Part shown: piece by piece, positions 21,107 to 31,156 of the stretch
How the letters are laid out: each line of letters starts with the position of its first letter
Position numbering within the stretch: the first letter of the stretch is position 1
Assembly: GCF_044324875.1 (NCBI RefSeq)
Contig: NZ_CP172185.1
Direction: 5' to 3' (one strand)
DNA: 64,000 bases
Source of the DNA: Escherichia coli
GTDB lineage: Bacteria > Pseudomonadota > Gammaproteobacteria > Enterobacterales > Enterobacteriaceae
Notes under the pieces: model-generated
Database searches by the model: none
Told to the model about the DNA's origin: nothing
The model's input: the letters and a program-made list of their open reading frames with translations, nothing else
Program-made: the position numbers and the translations under genes

Positions 21107-23004
21107 ACACCTCTTTATTTGAAGATCTACTTACACTAATCAAGAAAAAGAGTTCGATAAGAAATACAGAACAAGCAGTAGAGCTAATTTCATTATTTAT
21201 TTTTTTACATTATATAAAATTATATTTTTATGAAAATGATAAAAGATTCTCAGATATAAAAAACATATCAAGCAACAACATTAATGAAATTAAATATTAT
21301 TACCAGCAACTATATGAAAGCTTTATTTTATCGATAGATATAAAAAATATAAACCACGACATGCTTGAAAATCTCAGGAGCAAGATAGGTTTTTTAATTA
21401 ATAACATCAATAACCATGAAATAATCAAATATATAGATTATTCTCTTTCGCATATACATTCACTTACAGAGTTCTATCAATATGCAAATTCTTATCAATC
21501 TTTAATTCTTAGGATGGTTAATGAATCGGGTCGTTCAGGGGAATATGTTACTCCATCTGCTTTAGTTCAGCTCATGGTTGAAATGTTATCACCTACAGAT
21601 GGCACATCAATCTACGACCCAGCATGTGGAACTGGGGGTTTATTAATAGAGTCAGCACGATATATTAAAGGCAACAGTTTAAACAAAAACTTTAATTATT
21701 CCCTTATTGGTAATGACACATCATCATTTGCCTGTCTAATCTCAATTGTTAACCTTTTAATCAATAAAGAATTTAACTTTGAAATAATACTAAAAGATAG
21801 CTTAGATATAAATTATAAGAATAAAAAATATGACTTTGTTTTAACTAACCCACCATTTGGGAAAAAGAGCGGTTGGGATAATATTCATATTGACACACAT
21901 TATAAAGGACCTAATCTAGACTATTACTTCCTGGAGCATGTTATTGACTCTCTCGCTGTTAATGGCAAAGCAGCCATAATATTACCAGAGCGTTTTTTAT
22001 ATGATGTGAGTAAAGAGTGCATCACTCTTAAAGATAAGATCTTCCAAAATTATAATTTAGATTGTATTTTATCTATACCGTCAGGTGCATTGCTTCCTTA
22101 CACTGCAGTAAAATTATGTATTCTTTTTATAAGTAATTCTGGCCCAACAGATAGAATATTTTTCTACAATTTAAATAATGGTAAAAAATACTCACGTACA
22201 AATACTATAAAATTCGATGATTTTATAGATTTTTTAGAGTCAGCAAAAAATAGAACAATAACTGAACACTCCTGGATTATCAATATTAGTGATACACCTT
22301 CATCTTATAACTTACTCTTAAAAGATAAAGAGCGAAACTCATATGAGTTTCTTAGTGATTCTATAGTTAACATTGAACAGACAATACGTAATAATGAATT
22401 GTTACTAACCGAGTTGTCTTTATTAAGAGAAAAAATAGAGATCTTAGAGTCAACAATAAAAAATCATTCGCATGAATATGAATTTGAGAGACTTAAAGTT
22501 GGAAATATTGCATTAGTAAAATCCGGAAATTTATTACAAAAAAATAGACTATTATCCACTGGGCCAATTCCTGTATATGGTGGGAATGGAGTTATTGGAT
22601 ATAATTATGAGGCAATGGAAAATGGTGAAAATATTATTATTGGTAAGGTCGGAGCTCTTTGCGGAAACGTTCGGTATGTTCAAGGTGATATTTGGGTGAC
22701 AAATAACTCATTAATTATTAAGAATTATTTACCAAATAAAGTTTTAACACCCTACCTTGCAAAGTTATTATCTACTTTAAACTTAAGAAAGCTCGCCGTT
22801 GGTACCGCTCAACAATATTTAACCACAACACAAATAAAAAATGTAGAAATTAACATTCCACCTTTAACGACCCAGCATAAATTAAATATGTGGCTTGATG
22901 AGTTAGATAATACCCTTGAACAATATAATAAGCTCATTGAAAAAATAATGAATGATAAGCGAGAACTTAAAGAGAATTTGTATAAAGGTCTTTTAATAGA
23001 ATAG
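21103..23004 (+). CDS. N6-adenine DNA methyltransferase fused to a single HsdS-like target-recognition domain (M-S fusion)
   Basis: Motif I IYDPACGTGGLL, motif IV NPPFG, C-terminal TRD-like region; start ATG overlaps upstream stop (ATGA at 21103-21106); GGAG ribosome-binding site at 21091-21094. Confidence 0.8.
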   Translation: MNTSLFEDLLTLIKKKSSIRNTEQAVELISLFIFLHYIKLYFYENDKRFSDIKNISSNNINEIKYYYQQLYESFILSIDIKNINHDMLENLRSKIGFLINNINNHEIIKYIDYSLSHIHSLTEFYQYANSYQSLILRMVNESGRSGEYVTPSALVQLMVEMLSPTDGTSIYDPACGTGGLLIESARYIKGNSLNKNFNYSLIGNDTSSFACLISIVNLLINKEFNFEIILKDSLDINYKNKKYDFVLTNPPFGKKSGWDNIHIDTHYKGPNLDYYFLEHVIDSLAVNGKAAIILPERFLYDVSKECITLKDKIFQNYNLDCILSIPSGALLPYTAVKLCILFISNSGPTDRIFFYNLNNGKKYSRTNTIKFDDFIDFLESAKNRTITEHSWIINISDTPSSYNLLLKDKERNSYEFLSDSIVNIEQTIRNNELLLTELSLLREKIEILESTIKNHSHEYEFERLKVGNIALVKSGNLLQKNRLLSTGPIPVYGGNGVIGYNYEAMENGENIIIGKVGALCGNVRYVQGDIWVTNNSLIIKNYLPNKVLTPYLAKLLSTLNLRKLAVGTAQQYLTTTQIKNVEINIPPLTTQHKLNMWLDELDNTLEQYNKLIEKIMNDKRELKENLYKGLLIE

Positions 23005-23012
23005 ATCACAAT

Positions 23013-23040
23013 AGCAGGGTGTCCATAAAACACCCTGCTA
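23013..23040. terminator. Hairpin between the convergent methyltransferase and hsdR genes (likely bidirectional terminator)
   Basis: agcagggtg / caccctgct inverted repeat with a 9-nt loop. Confidence 0.5.
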
Positions 23041-23084
23041 CTGGTTGCAAGTAAGTTGCAATATCTGTACTGCTGAAGCTACTA

Positions 23085-26000
23085 TTAATAATGCTCCTCA
23101 ATATACCCATACGCCTTCTGGAACAACTCTTTATCTTTCCCTAGTCCAAACTGGGCCAAGGTCAGTAAAAGCGCCTTTTGGATTTCGCGCGGGCCACTGT
23201 TGGAATTTTGCCAGCCATCAAAGCGGGTAGCTTTCACAATTTTATCAATTTGCTCTACAACATCACCGATTAACTTAGGGGTAGTTTCCGGACGTGTTTC
23301 GAGGAAAAGCTTAGTCAACGCCTGTTTATTATCAGCTTCAGTTACTGGGCGCTCGCCCGTTTCGCGCTCGGCTTGAACGGTATCTTTCGCTGCATCCAAC
23401 AGGCCTTTCAACCAGTCAATGGCCTTGATAACACCAGCTTCATAGTCCTGACGCAGTTTTTCAAGGCGCTCGCCCAATGCCACAAATTTAGGATCATGAC
23501 TGCCGCGCAAACGTCCCATAAGATCAATCTCCAGGCGTTTGGCACGTTGTTCCTGCTCTTTAGCGGTCAGGGTAAAAATAGCGTGCTCGTCCATAACCAA
23601 CTCGTCAATATCATCGCGAATACGATTGATATCAGTATGCTCATGGATCATCTTGATTGTTTCGGGGCCAAGGGCAGCCCAAACAAGCGCACCTGTCTGC
23701 CCTACCGGACGCACCGATTCATAAATTTGCGCCAGCCATTTATAGTCCTGACGATAAGAGGTCAAAAAAGGATCTGGGTTGATAGCTGACCATAACTTGG
23801 ATAACACACCAAAGCTGGCAGCGAATTCATCGCGTTTCTCGTTGGTCGGCAGGCATTCCTGCGCGGCCATAATACCTTCAAAACCAGCTATGGACCGATC
23901 CACACCAGGGAAGAAGGACAAACATTTATTCAGTTGTAACGGCAATAGCTCTTTAAATGCCTCAATTCCCTCTACAACTCCTTCAATTTCTTCAGGGTTA
24001 TAGGCCAGAGCGGTACGCAGATTTTCGAAAACGCCGAGGTAGTCGATAATTAATCCCATGTCCTTGCGTACAGTATCGGTTTCGTACAACCGGTTGGTTC
24101 GGCACATGGCCTGAAGAAGAGTATGATCGCGTAGAGGCTTATCGAGGTACATGCAGTAGCAAATCGGGGCATCAAAGCCCGTAAGCAGCTTGGCGGTTAC
24201 GATAATAAGCTGTAATGGATGTTCAGGATCTTTAAAGCATTCAATCAGATCCTTTTGCACCTGTTCTTCGGCATCAATGTGCTGCCAGCGTTCAAAATCG
24301 ACTTGTTTGACTGGCAGCTCCAACTCATCATGCCATTTAAGCCAATCCTTGTTGAGCTTGTCTTTTTTGCCACCCTCTTCAACTTTAACCGGAGCCTGGT
24401 CAACGTTCATAACCACTTCAACCGCATCAAAACCAAGCTTTTCACCGAGCAAATAATACATCTGCACACAGGCTTCGCGATCGTATACCACAACCATGCC
24501 TTTCATCTTTTTCGGCATAACATGGTTGGTAAAATGCTCAGCAATATCATTACTCACCGCAGCCATACGCCTAGGGGATTTCAGCATGATTGCCAGCTTG
24601 CCTGCACGCCTGGACAATGCTGCTTTTTCTTCTTCATCCAGGTTGTTTTCGGTAGCCAGTTGCTCGAACTCTTCATTGATGGCATCACGATCCACTCGGA
24701 GTTCAGCCAGCCGAGGTTCGAACTTCACCGGGTTAGTTGCGCCATCCCGGATCGACTGCTTATAGCTATAGCGGCTCATATAGCGACCCGGATCTTCTTC
24801 GGCACCGAACAATTTGAACGTATTACGATCAATGCCAGAAATCGGAGTACCTGTCAGGCCATAGAAGTGGGCATTGGGCAACGCCCAGCGCATTTTCTCG
24901 CCTAATCCCCCTTCCTGTGTACGGTGAGCTTCGTCAACCAACACAATGATATTGTCACGGTTGTTCAGGCCATTAGGGTTGCTATCGTCAATTTCGATAT
25001 CTTTAAATTTAAAGATGGTGGTGATTAAAATGCCACGGCTGTCTTGTTCAATGTATTCACCCAGCTTTTTGCAGCTTTGCACTTTAATCAGATTCTTAAC
25101 GTCGGCTCCACCAAAGGTCTCGTTAATTTGGCTGTCCAGATCTCGCCGGTCCACAACGATAAGTACCGTCGGGTTTTTTAACGCATTATCGGCACGTAGC
25201 ATTTTGGCGGCGTAAAGCATCAACAAGGATTTACCCGATCCCTGGAAATGCCAAATAAGACCTTTTTTTGGATAGCCTCTGCGAACACGCTCAACGATTT
25301 GTTTTGCTGCTTCAAATTGCGGATAACGCGGCAAGATTTTAACGCGTTTAGGTGGAGTATTTTTGCCCGTTTTGACGGTTGAAAATAATGCGAAAGATTC
25401 CAGTAACTGCAATAAGGTTTGCGGATTTAACAAACTCTCACAGCTATTGAGTACCGATGCTAATCCCGGCAGAATCTCATCACGAAGCTCAGTATTATGC
25501 CAGGGTCCCCAGTCTTTAACTCGGGCATTAATGGCACCATAGGCAAAGGTTTTTCCTTCGCTGGCAAAGCACAGCAAGTTAGGTACAAAGAAAGATTCAA
25601 CATTTTTCCAGTAGTACTTTTTGCCACCCATGAAATCGGCAGCACCGTCTTGCCAGGTCACGCTGGGGCGTGTTGCGGTTTTAACTTCGCCCACTACTAG
25701 CGGTATGCCGTTCACATAAAGAACAATATCAAAATAGACTTCAGTGGCCGCGATATAGCGAACCTGCTGCGCCACCACAAAGTGGTTGTTCTCTATATTG
25801 TCAAAATCAATCAGATTGATGGTGATATGGTCGCCATTCTTACCAAAAGGCAAGGTTTTGTCGGCCATCAACCATTCCTGGAAGTTTTCATTGGCCTTTA
25901 CCAAGCCGGTATGGCGGGCTTCTAAAACCACTCCTCGCAGTTTGTAAATGACCTCATCGGCATAGTCAGGCTGTCTGCCGATATCAGGGTTTAACGAACA

Positions 26001-26147
26001 AAGCGCGTCTTTTAGCCACTCATCAACGAAGATATCCTGCGCTTGTTTAGGCAGGTTTTCACCGTGGCAGTAAGTCCACTTGACTCCGCTTAAACCTTTT
26101 AAACGGTCGATAATTCCATTTTCTGTGACGGTTTGTTCGTTAAACAT
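23085..26147 (-). CDS. hsdR: Type I restriction enzyme R subunit (HsdR)
   Basis: 1020 aa; PD-(D/E)xK-like DIVLYVNGIPLVVGEVK, Walker A QGSGKS, DEAH box VDEAHRTQ, GLTGTP. Confidence 0.9.
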   Translation of the reverse strand: MFNEQTVTENGIIDRLKGLSGVKWTYCHGENLPKQAQDIFVDEWLKDALCSLNPDIGRQPDYADEVIYKLRGVVLEARHTGLVKANENFQEWLMADKTLPFGKNGDHITINLIDFDNIENNHFVVAQQVRYIAATEVYFDIVLYVNGIPLVVGEVKTATRPSVTWQDGAADFMGGKKYYWKNVESFFVPNLLCFASEGKTFAYGAINARVKDWGPWHNTELRDEILPGLASVLNSCESLLNPQTLLQLLESFALFSTVKTGKNTPPKRVKILPRYPQFEAAKQIVERVRRGYPKKGLIWHFQGSGKSLLMLYAAKMLRADNALKNPTVLIVVDRRDLDSQINETFGGADVKNLIKVQSCKKLGEYIEQDSRGILITTIFKFKDIEIDDSNPNGLNNRDNIIVLVDEAHRTQEGGLGEKMRWALPNAHFYGLTGTPISGIDRNTFKLFGAEEDPGRYMSRYSYKQSIRDGATNPVKFEPRLAELRVDRDAINEEFEQLATENNLDEEEKAALSRRAGKLAIMLKSPRRMAAVSNDIAEHFTNHVMPKKMKGMVVVYDREACVQMYYLLGEKLGFDAVEVVMNVDQAPVKVEEGGKKDKLNKDWLKWHDELELPVKQVDFERWQHIDAEEQVQKDLIECFKDPEHPLQLIIVTAKLLTGFDAPICYCMYLDKPLRDHTLLQAMCRTNRLYETDTVRKDMGLIIDYLGVFENLRTALAYNPEEIEGVVEGIEAFKELLPLQLNKCLSFFPGVDRSIAGFEGIMAAQECLPTNEKRDEFAASFGVLSKLWSAINPDPFLTSYRQDYKWLAQIYESVRPVGQTGALVWAALGPETIKMIHEHTDINRIRDDIDELVMDEHAIFTLTAKEQEQRAKRLEIDLMGRLRGSHDPKFVALGERLEKLRQDYEAGVIKAIDWLKGLLDAAKDTVQAERETGERPVTEADNKQALTKLFLETRPETTPKLIGDVVEQIDKIVKATRFDGWQNSNSGPREIQKALLLTLAQFGLGKDKELFQKAYGYIEEHY

Positions 26148-26151
26148 ATAG

Positions 26152-27306
26152 TCAAACTCCTAGAAGCTCATATATTAATGCTTGTCTAAGATTAAAATAA
26201 TGTTCTTTTTTATCTCTCAGCACCTTCAATATTTTCTCGAGCGATTCCAATTTTTTTACTAAAATATCTGAGTCAGTAAATAATTTATTATGAATGAAGA
26301 TATCATCAAAAACTCTTACTGTTACTCTTTGCCTACCTGAAGTGCCTTCCATGTGATGAAGAGCATAATGCCTAAATTTCTTTGTTTTGATTATGTAATA
26401 ACCAAGTTTCTTTAGAAAATGATCTTCAAATTTTGATCTCATCACTATAAACTCAGTGGATCCCACAGCTATACTCTCTTCTGCAAGAAAATCAACAAAT
26501 GCTGCCTTACCATTTTCAAAACAAGGTGTGATTCTAGCCAAAAGGATATCATCTTTTCTAAATTTCATACCAGAAGATTTTCCTGACTTAGTTTCTCCTT
26601 TATAGTCTATATATGGAAGTTCAACATCTAAAGATGCCATATCAACATATGGTATTATTTCATCCACTGACCCAATCTTTGGATTAATTAAAAAAGAATC
26701 ACTTAATGAACTCCAGTCATTCTTTTTCCCAGCTGATGTTGTCGCCAGATAAATACCTACTTCAGCATCTATAACATCCTGATATAACTTTCTTACCGAT
26801 AATATAGTTTCATTAAGATGCATATAGCATTCATGGAATTTGTCAAGAATAACTAAGGCACTATTTTGTTTTTCTCTATCGAGAATATTAAATTTAAAGC
26901 TTACAACATCCTTCCATCTAATATGCTTATTAGTTGAACCAATAGTATTTTTTAACGTATGCTCAGCAAAACTTTCAGATTGAAAGATATATGGAAGCAA
27001 TCGACTTTCAAAACCATGATATTGCTTTGGCGTACATACAATAACCTTCTCACCACAATATCCTTCTCTATCAGCTATCGCGACTTTTCTTAACTGCGGA
27101 TTTCTAGTTAGATAAAGTATGTCTCCTGGGCTAAATTTCTTCCCAAAAGTTGGCCCCATATCATCAGGGGCGATTCCGTAGCGAGAGAAAAATATTTCAC
27201 AATTATCAAAGTCTTCTCCTCTTACACAATATTTAACATTAGGATCTAAATTATTCTTCTCCCATATGTTTTTTTCTTTTACTAAGTCAGAAAGAGTAAT
27301 CTTCAT
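26152..27306 (-). CDS. hsdS: Type I restriction-modification specificity subunit (HsdS), two TRDs
   Basis: 384 aa with two TRD-like halves and conserved HsdS segments; overlaps hsdM stop by 4 bp; very AT-rich. Confidence 0.85.
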   Translation of the reverse strand: MKITLSDLVKEKNIWEKNNLDPNVKYCVRGEDFDNCEIFFSRYGIAPDDMGPTFGKKFSPGDILYLTRNPQLRKVAIADREGYCGEKVIVCTPKQYHGFESRLLPYIFQSESFAEHTLKNTIGSTNKHIRWKDVVSFKFNILDREKQNSALVILDKFHECYMHLNETILSVRKLYQDVIDAEVGIYLATTSAGKKNDWSSLSDSFLINPKIGSVDEIIPYVDMASLDVELPYIDYKGETKSGKSSGMKFRKDDILLARITPCFENGKAAFVDFLAEESIAVGSTEFIVMRSKFEDHFLKKLGYYIIKTKKFRHYALHHMEGTSGRQRVTVRVFDDIFIHNKLFTDSDILVKKLESLEKILKVLRDKKEHYFNLRQALIYELLGV

Positions 27307-28766
27307 ATCTTTCCTCCATTAAAAAAGTAAGAAGAGTTCATATTCAATTCTTTTCTAAACGATTGCCATTTACTTATCTCCCTTGAGAGATTTAAATCTT
27401 TAAATTCTTTTTCTATATACACAGGAACATTTAGATTAAAATCGTTATCTTCGACTTCCTCGATAGAGGCTATATACGTAGTAATATTAGAGACATCCTT
27501 CAAACTAATGTAAGAGTTATAGATATTCATTATATTAATATCATTTAAATAAGCATGATTCCTAGTGGTAATAAGTTCATCATAGGCATTTATAAATAAT
27601 ATTTTCCCTTTTAGCTCAGTTCGTTTATTGCAATTCAACAAAATAATACATGCCGGCATAGGTGAATTATAAAACAATCCAGGGCCAAGACTAATTACAC
27701 ATTCAATAATATCTGTTTGAATAATTTTTTCTCTGAGCTGTTTCTCACTTTCTCTGAAGAGAACTCCATTTGGCCAGAGCATAGCTGCGCGACCAGTATC
27801 AGGCTTCAGGCTTTTAATTATATGGGTATAAAACGCATAATCAGCACAGCCCTGCGGTGGTACACCATAAAGATTACGACCATACGGATCAGCGGCAAAC
27901 TTGTCACGATTCCATTTCTTAATGGAGTACGGTGGGTTAGCAAAAATCACATCAAACTGCTTGAGCCGATCGTTTTCAATAAACTTTGGTTCAGCCAGAG
28001 TATCACCGCGCAGCACATCAAATTCTTCAATATCGTGCAGGAACATATTCATACGAGCAATAGCGGAAGTCAGCAGGTTCACTTCCTGGCCATAAAGGTG
28101 CACAGAGCGCCACTCTTCTCCTCTTGCACGAAGATCCATCACTGCATTTAGCAACATCCCTCCAGTGCCACACGTTGGATCATAGGCTGTTTCACCCGGT
28201 TTTAAGCCCATAATGCGCGTCATTAAATGCACGACTGTTCGGTTGGTGTAGAACTCTGCTGCCGTATGACCGGAATCATCAGCGAACTTTTTAATCAGGT
28301 ATTCGTAGGCTTCACCAAGATCATCCTGGGCGACAGATTTAATGCCGAGCGGAATTTTACTGAAATGTTCAATCAGATCAGCCAGCAGATGATCGGGAAG
28401 GCGCTCTTTATTGGTCCACTGTGCATCACCGAAGACGCCATGTAAACGCGGGTTATTGGCTTCAATTAGTCGAAGCGCATTCTGGATCGCTTCACCAATG
28501 TTTTTACTGGTATTGCGTACCTTTTCCCAACTGGCTTCAGAGGGAATATTGAAACGGTGAAACATCGGCATGGCGGCATATTCAGCATCACCTTCATGGA
28601 GTTCCAGCGCTTCGTTATATTCTTCCAGATAGACATCTGACAGGCGTTTGTAAAACAGCAACGGGAAGATATACTGCTTGTAGTCTGATGCGTCAATTTG
28701 GCCACGAAGAAATTCGGCGGCTCCCCAGAGCAGCTCTTCCAGCTTTTTATTACTCATAGTACTCAT
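27303..28766 (-). CDS. hsdM: Type I N6-adenine methyltransferase subunit, paralogue 2 (HsdM)
   Basis: 487 aa; motif I YDPTCGTGGML, motif IV NPPY; start overlaps upstream hsdM stop (ATGA at 28763-28766); 3' third of the gene is markedly AT-rich. Confidence 0.9.
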   Translation of the reverse strand: MSTMSNKKLEELLWGAAEFLRGQIDASDYKQYIFPLLFYKRLSDVYLEEYNEALELHEGDAEYAAMPMFHRFNIPSEASWEKVRNTSKNIGEAIQNALRLIEANNPRLHGVFGDAQWTNKERLPDHLLADLIEHFSKIPLGIKSVAQDDLGEAYEYLIKKFADDSGHTAAEFYTNRTVVHLMTRIMGLKPGETAYDPTCGTGGMLLNAVMDLRARGEEWRSVHLYGQEVNLLTSAIARMNMFLHDIEEFDVLRGDTLAEPKFIENDRLKQFDVIFANPPYSIKKWNRDKFAADPYGRNLYGVPPQGCADYAFYTHIIKSLKPDTGRAAMLWPNGVLFRESEKQLREKIIQTDIIECVISLGPGLFYNSPMPACIILLNCNKRTELKGKILFINAYDELITTRNHAYLNDINIMNIYNSYISLKDVSNITTYIASIEEVEDNDFNLNVPVYIEKEFKDLNLSREISKWQSFRKELNMNSSYFFNGGKI

Positions 28767-30262
28767 ACCTCGAACCCTTCTTTGATAAGCAGGGCCTCCA
28801 GCTCCTCTTCTGCTTTTTCCAGCTCAGCCAGCTTCCGTTGAAAATCTTTGAGCGCTTCTTCCACAGTAATGGTTTCTTCTTCGAGTGGCTTTTGCACATA
28901 ACGAGCAATATTTAGATTGAAGTCATTTTCTTCAATCTCCTTCAGAGGAACCCAGCGTGCAACGCCTTCGATTTCTTTTGCATCTGGCCCTTGTTGCGCC
29001 TGGTCATGATAGATTTGGTATATTTCATCGGCCTGCTTGTTGGACAGCGTATTCTGCGCACGCCCCTTGGTATAGATTTCTTCAGCATTGATGATCAATA
29101 CATGATCTTTATGCGCTGCCGGACGTGATTTACGCAACACCAAAATACACGCAGGAATCCCAGTCCCATAGAACAGGTTGGAAGCAACACCAATAATCGC
29201 CACAATGCGATTCTCTTGCAGTAATTTGGTTCGAATTGCCCCCTCTGCGCCGCCACGAAACAGCACACCATGAGGTAATACGACAGCCATACGTCCATTG
29301 TCGTTAAGTGAAGCAAACATATGCTGCACCCAGGCAAAATCACCATTTGTTTTAGGCGCCAGGCCATATCGCTTACGGCCATAGGGATCGTTCGACCACA
29401 GATCGTATCCCCATTCTTTCAAGCTAAACGGTGGGTTGGCAACAACGCAGTCAAAGGTTTCTAAACGATCGCTTTTTAAAAATTTAGGTTCGCGTAACGT
29501 ATCCCCTCGGACAATATCGAAATCTTCCTGTCCATGCAGGAACAGATTCATACGCGCAATAGCTTCCGTCGTTAAGTTCTTTTCCTGACCCTTGATTTTT
29601 AGTAAACGCGGATCACCACCATTTTCTTTTACATGGTGGATGGTCTCAAGCAGCATACCACCGGTACCACAGGCGGGATCGTAGACACTCTCACCGGCTT
29701 TTGGATCAAGAATGTTAACCATCAAACGAACGATAGTTCGTGGGGTATAGAACTCACCGGCTTTCTTATTGGCTTTGTCTGCAAAGCGTTTGATCAGATA
29801 CTCGTATGCGCGCCCCATATCATCGTCACGGACACTAGAAACGCCAAGGTTCACCTTATTGAAGTGATTGAGTAACGTAGCCAGTAACTCATCAGAAAGG
29901 CGTTCTTTATTGGTCCAGCTGGCATCGCCAAAAATGCCATGCAGTTTAGGGTTTGCCAGTTCTATACCACGGAAGGACTCTTTTAAAGCCTGACCGATGT
30001 CCTTGGTCTCAGCGAAAACATCGCGCCAGTGGCAATTTTCAGGTATCTGAATACGGTGAAACATCTTGCCCTTGGCAAGCTCTGCATCCCCAATGCTCTC
30101 CATCGCATCGGCAAATTCTTCGTCATACACGTCACAAATGCGCTTGAAGAACAGGATGGGGAAAATGTACGTTTTGTAATCTGACGCATCAATGGGCCCT
30201 GTAATAATATGGGCTGCATGCCATAGATGGGCCTCGAGATCTTTTAGGTTAATCAGTGTCAT
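28763..30262 (-). CDS. hsdM: Type I N6-adenine methyltransferase subunit, paralogue 1 (HsdM)
   Basis: Start chosen at MTLINLKDLEAHLW (ATG 30260-30262); GEFYTPRTIV, YDPACGTGGML, NPPF motifs; 499 aa. Confidence 0.9.
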   Translation of the reverse strand: MTLINLKDLEAHLWHAAHIITGPIDASDYKTYIFPILFFKRICDVYDEEFADAMESIGDAELAKGKMFHRIQIPENCHWRDVFAETKDIGQALKESFRGIELANPKLHGIFGDASWTNKERLSDELLATLLNHFNKVNLGVSSVRDDDMGRAYEYLIKRFADKANKKAGEFYTPRTIVRLMVNILDPKAGESVYDPACGTGGMLLETIHHVKENGGDPRLLKIKGQEKNLTTEAIARMNLFLHGQEDFDIVRGDTLREPKFLKSDRLETFDCVVANPPFSLKEWGYDLWSNDPYGRKRYGLAPKTNGDFAWVQHMFASLNDNGRMAVVLPHGVLFRGGAEGAIRTKLLQENRIVAIIGVASNLFYGTGIPACILVLRKSRPAAHKDHVLIINAEEIYTKGRAQNTLSNKQADEIYQIYHDQAQQGPDAKEIEGVARWVPLKEIEENDFNLNIARYVQKPLEEETITVEEALKDFQRKLAELEKAEEELEALLIKEGFEV

Positions 30263-30505
30263 TGTTGTCTCTTTTCGATCCTGCAGTGCTTGAACTCTCA
30301 GCAACTCATGGATTTCACAGTAAAAAAGCAAGTAAAGCGATTCCACAACCACCTGAGCGTTCAATATGTATGACGCCTTTACCCAAGTTGCTTAAATCAA
30401 GGAAATTGCCTGAGATAATACTCTGGCATCAGAATGATACCAAGTTGAAGGGCTGATTTCCGCATCAATACCTTGTGGTAATAGGGGATTACTCTTTTAC
30501 CCTTA

Positions 30506-31156
30506 TTGGCGCAAAATGGCGGCATTTCCTCATTTCTCCTTCGGAGCATCTTACGCGCTATAACCACTCTCGTTTTTTCCTATTCCCATGCAGATGAAGC
30601 ACTACGCAATGAACTTGAGAAGCATCTCTCCCCGCTGAAGCGAACCGGGAAGATCACAACATGGCACGATCGCCGCATCGTTCCTGGTCAGGAGTTCGAA
30701 CGTCAGATCGACCACTATTTTTCGCAAGCAGATATCATCCTGATCCTGATCAGCAGTGACTTTATTGCTTCTGATTACTGCTATCAGGTAGAGATGAAAA
30801 ACGCACTGGAACGGCATGACCGGGGCGAGGCGGTGGTCATTCCGGTAATTTTAAGAAACTGTGCATGGCATCAGTTAGAATTCGGCAGCATTATGGCGGC
30901 GACTATCGACGGTAAACCCATCACTAAGTTTGCCACCCACGATGAAGGCTACGTTCAGGTCGTCGAGGCTGTCTCGCGTGCCATTGCCCGGATGGAAGCC
31001 AAAAAACCACAGCAAACCATACATATCCCTTCACCGGCTCCGGCGAATCCGATCTTTCAGGGAGTAGATTCCGTTTTTACACCGTGTTCAAGCAACCTTA
31101 TTCTATCTGTTATAGCCAGGATAATGTTGTTCGAAACAGTATTAACGAAACTCTAA
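30506..31156 (+). CDS. TIR-domain protein (ThsB-like, single-domain); start codon uncertain (TTG)
   Basis: LVFSYSHADE...ADIILILISSDFIASDYCYQVEMKNAL matches bacterial TIR core motifs; no in-frame ATG upstream of the TIR beta-strand, and no clear ribosome-binding site. Confidence 0.6.
   Translation: MAQNGGISSFLLRSILRAITTLVFSYSHADEALRNELEKHLSPLKRTGKITTWHDRRIVPGQEFERQIDHYFSQADIILILISSDFIASDYCYQVEMKNALERHDRGEAVVIPVILRNCAWHQLEFGSIMAATIDGKPITKFATHDEGYVQVVEAVSRAIARMEAKKPQQTIHIPSPAPANPIFQGVDSVFTPCSSNLILSVIARIMLFETVLTKL

Noticed and set aside
24219-24905. 228-aa + strand ORF and several 60-140-aa ORFs within 23373-25700
   Set aside because: Antisense to hsdR; no recognisable domains.
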